Of a stretch of 60,779 bases of DNA, positions 57,986 to 60,779 are shown one piece after another. Position 1 is the first letter of the stretch, and each line of letters opens with the position of its first letter. The notes under the pieces are model-generated. The model was not told the origin of the DNA and searched no databases. It saw only the letters and a list, made by a program, of their open reading frames with translations. The stretch is from Candidatus Poseidoniaceae archaeon (lineage in GTDB: Archaea > Thermoplasmatota > Poseidoniia > Poseidoniales > Poseidoniaceae): NCBI GenBank assembly GCA_029250345.1, contig JAQXFL010000016.1, positions 1 through 60,779 on the forward strand, in the 5' to 3' direction. Position numbers and translations under genes: made by a program.

Positions 57986-59730
57986 ACTGGGTCAGGAAGA
58001 ACAGATTGCAACGCTTGGATGTCGAATTCAGCACCGTTGAGCGGGACTTTGAGTTCATAGTGTGCACTGACAGAGGGGTCCATCTCTCCAAAGCAACCCA
58101 CATGAACACCTTTGACAATGACTTTTGCACAACGCCCGGCTAGCCAAGGTCCCATCTCACCACCGAGAGGTTCGATGGTGTAATCTGAAGCCCCTAAGTC
58201 TCTCATCAACGCTTGAATGCGGCCTCGAACTGCAGCAAAGCCGCCACCTTGCTCAGCCACAAGGAAAGCGAATCGGTCGCCGTTTGAATGGTTGCGAACA
58301 ACTGTTCCCAGTTCATAGACTGCTTGCGGGAGGTCATGATGCCTGTTCGATGCCATCAATCGAAACAAGCCTGGAAGCAAGTATTGTCGAAGCAATGTGT
58401 GTTCGATGGTTATTGGATTCGTAATTCGGGTGACATCACCCATTGCAGGCCATCTCATTGCTTCAAATTGGTCAAAATCATTGGAGAGAGTTAACGATTG
58501 AATTTGCATCAATCCAAGGCCTTGCAGCGACTCACGAATCCGTCTACGAACTTGTGAATCCGACCGAGGGATAGCTGTCATCGGTGCTTTGGGTACATCG
58601 TTGCCGAGGTCTTCGTAGCCGTGGCCAATCGCAACATCTTCTACCAGGTCGATTGGATGCAAAATGTCGAATCTCCATCTGGGCATTGCGAAGGTGAGGA
58701 CAGTATCGCCTTGAACTACATCCGACATTCGATTTTGCGGATTCGAAGTGAAGATCTCTGCAGGTTTGCGTCCCAGGAATTTGCCTCCCATTCTGTTCGT
58801 CGCAGCCTTAACTTCCTCATCGGATAAACTGCGTCCGAGTAAGCCGTCGAGTAATCGTTGCGTCACTTCATGCTGAATTGGCGCAGGGTTTGGCAAACTC
58901 TCGGACATTCCGTTGAAGCCAACCACTTCTATTGCTTCGATTGAACCGCCTCGTTCAGCAAGTTGGAGGGCGATTAACATCATGCTCGATTCACAGGCTC
59001 TTCGATCCCATCCTGTTACTTCAATGAAGAAATCTGTAGTCGAGTGTGTTACGGTCGTTTGGACACCGTTGATGATGGGCGGGAATGAAAGAACTTGGCC
59101 CTCAGAATCGGTAATGAGTGGGAATGAACTCAAGCCTTCGAGGAGATGAGCATAATCCACACCTTTCGGATGGGATGTCAACATTTCGGAGAGTGACAAT
59201 TCTTCATCCATGCCCAACGGGCAAAATCTGGTGTCCGGAGATGCTGCTTGAACGTGAAACGGAGGTGAGATGGTTGAGAGATCATGTACTCCAATGGATG
59301 CCCTGCGCCGTCCACGTCCGAGTGCAAAGTGCAGTTTTTCTTGGTGGTCCATAAGTGCCTTGATGAAGGCGTCTTTATCCTCTACATTGCCGCCAATAGA
59401 GATTCCACGAACGACAGCCCCGACAACGACAGGACGAATATGCTCTAATTCAGCATCAACGGTCATTGTGATCTCACCCTTGGTAACTTCCATACTTGGT
59501 TCGCTTTCAGCACCATGCAAGAAGGGTCGAATGGCTTTCGTTAGCGTCTCTCCTGACAGCAAATCTGGGCGATCAGGGAATATTTCGATATCGAGGACAT
59601 TCTCATCACAGGTGTCAATGTCTGTACCGAGAAGCGGTAATTGTTCATCCATCGCAACAATGTCGTGCACGAGGCCGTGCTTTTCGAGGAGTCTACGAAT
59701 GAGATTTTGTTCTACTGAGATTGTCGGCAT
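57982..59730 (-). CDS. pheT: Phenylalanine--tRNA ligase beta subunit (archaeal type)
   Basis: MPTI, IEIFPDRPDLLS.E, QEKLH..LGR.R..ASIGVHD, VLSFPPIING, RWRFDILHPIDLVEDVAIGHGY, NPIT....LR..LLPGL. Confidence 0.96.
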   Translation of the reverse strand: MPTISVEQNLIRRLLEKHGLVHDIVAMDEQLPLLGTDIDTCDENVLDIEIFPDRPDLLSGETLTKAIRPFLHGAESEPSMEVTKGEITMTVDAELEHIRPVVVGAVVRGISIGGNVEDKDAFIKALMDHQEKLHFALGRGRRRASIGVHDLSTISPPFHVQAASPDTRFCPLGMDEELSLSEMLTSHPKGVDYAHLLEGLSSFPLITDSEGQVLSFPPIINGVQTTVTHSTTDFFIEVTGWDRRACESSMMLIALQLAERGGSIEAIEVVGFNGMSESLPNPAPIQHEVTQRLLDGLLGRSLSDEEVKAATNRMGGKFLGRKPAEIFTSNPQNRMSDVVQGDTVLTFAMPRWRFDILHPIDLVEDVAIGHGYEDLGNDVPKAPMTAIPRSDSQVRRRIRESLQGLGLMQIQSLTLSNDFDQFEAMRWPAMGDVTRITNPITIEHTLLRQYLLPGLFRLMASNRHHDLPQAVYELGTVVRNHSNGDRFAFLVAEQGGGFAAVRGRIQALMRDLGASDYTIEPLGGEMGPWLAGRCAKVIVKGVHVGCFGEMDPSVSAHYELKVPLNGAEFDIQALQSVLPDPV

Positions 59731-59739
59731 TGTATCAAC

Positions 59740-60779
59740 TCAACGTGAAAACCAGTGCGGTAATGGGCGGTCGTATCCAACCAGTCGTAGTCCGCTGATT
59801 GCTGCAGTCTCATAGTCGAGCGCTCGCAGGTGCTTGCGCTTGAGTAGGTCGATAGAATCGAGCCCAATGCGCTTGAGAATGGATGTCAGCTCGTTCGAAA
59901 TACTTTGTAGCCAGTGTGCTAAGTCCTGTGCGTCTTGCATTGGGACTTCGCAGCATATGACGTCAATGCCTGAAGCACGAAGAATTGCAATATCTGTGCC
60001 GCTTGCGGAAAGTCCGAGCAACATTCCAGTCTGTGTTGATGTTTCCGATAGATGACTTTTGGTTGACCTGCCAATCATTGGCAGGGCTGCTGCTTCTGCG
60101 ATACCAGATCCGTCTTCAATGCGGCTGACCGCCAAGTCGAGTCCATGGTGTGCGGAGCGTACATGCAACGATTCAACTCGGCCGACCGAATTAAGGAAGC
60201 CAAATGTCTTCTCCATCCCAAGAAGCGTTCTGACAGCGACAATGAATCCATCAATTTCTTCAGAATTCATGGCAGGCAAATCATCGATATCTGCAAGAGC
60301 CCCGTTCGAGACTTCCAGCAACTCAGGAGCATCTGCGAGGTTTTCAGAATCGAGGAGTACGATATCCATCGGTCGTGGGTTCATATGGGTGATGAACGGT
60401 TGTTGAGCCAATATTTGTGCTTCGAGCGGGTCGCTGTTTTTACCAAGCGAGAGTGATTTCCCGTCAGTGACAATTGGCAGTAATGGCAGTGGTAAAGCCA
60501 CTGGCGTATTACTTCCCCCACGCTCGGCAAGCAAAGTGATGGTGTCGCATGTTTGGTATGGCACCGAGTGGTGCAAGTCGCCTGCGACCAAGCCGATACT
60601 TGATAAATCCGAACGAGAGATTGGCATTTCCGGTGATTCCACTTGGAGAAGAGGGGAGTGAACGAGGCATACCGCATCTTTAGGGATCTCCATTTCAGGA
60701 TCGTTGAGTTCTTTGTTGATTGATTTGACTTCAGCGGCGGTGAGTGGCCGCAGTGCTACTCCTGCAGGAGGTGTTGGGC
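59740..60779 (-). CDS. Divergent FMN-binding glutamate-synthase-like protein (partial; frame open to the right edge)
   Basis: C-terminal L.RKHLRALDYETAAISGLRLVGY resembles the C-terminus of stand-alone GltB FMN-domain proteins. The reading frame continues without a stop from 60693 to the window end. Confidence 0.5.
   Translation of the reverse strand, partial: PTPPAGVALRPLTAAEVKSINKELNDPEMEIPKDAVCLVHSPLLQVESPEMPISRSDLSSIGLVAGDLHHSVPYQTCDTITLLAERGGSNTPVALPLPLLPIVTDGKSLSLGKNSDPLEAQILAQQPFITHMNPRPMDIVLLDSENLADAPELLEVSNGALADIDDLPAMNSEEIDGFIVAVRTLLGMEKTFGFLNSVGRVESLHVRSAHHGLDLAVSRIEDGSGIAEAAALPMIGRSTKSHLSETSTQTGMLLGLSASGTDIAILRASGIDVICCEVPMQDAQDLAHWLQSISNELTSILKRIGLDSIDLLKRKHLRALDYETAAISGLRLVGYDRPLPHWFSR

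Overview
This is a 60.8 kb, gene-dense archaeal chromosomal segment, most likely from Marine Group II Euryarchaeota (Ca. Poseidoniales, Thermoplasmata). The assignment is inferred from CarS, ArcS, archaeal uS15, archaeal GluRS, AglB, a bacterial-type DnaJ and many large acidic secreted proteins. Housekeeping genes (carS, purD, dnaJ, arcS, rps15, gltX, rnhB, pheT) are interleaved with a ~35 kb cell-surface region. That region holds a ~3185-aa oligosaccharyltransferase (AglB/STT3) with an extra N-terminal polytopic membrane domain and a large sequon-rich ectodomain, a membrane-anchored subtilase, a beta-helix surface protein followed by a wHTH-STAND-TPR protein, three translationally coupled pilin-like genes, and two ~1900-aa exoproteins. 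Other notable features are a pyroglutamyl-peptidase/Nudix fusion, a degenerate RecJ/GAN-like gene after rps15, recurrent Trp-rich or Zn-ribbon cytoplasmic tails, several operator-like repeats, and a non-canonical TATA-position motif. I recognised no rRNA, tRNA, CRISPR array or mobile element. All calls come from reading motifs by eye; no searches were run.
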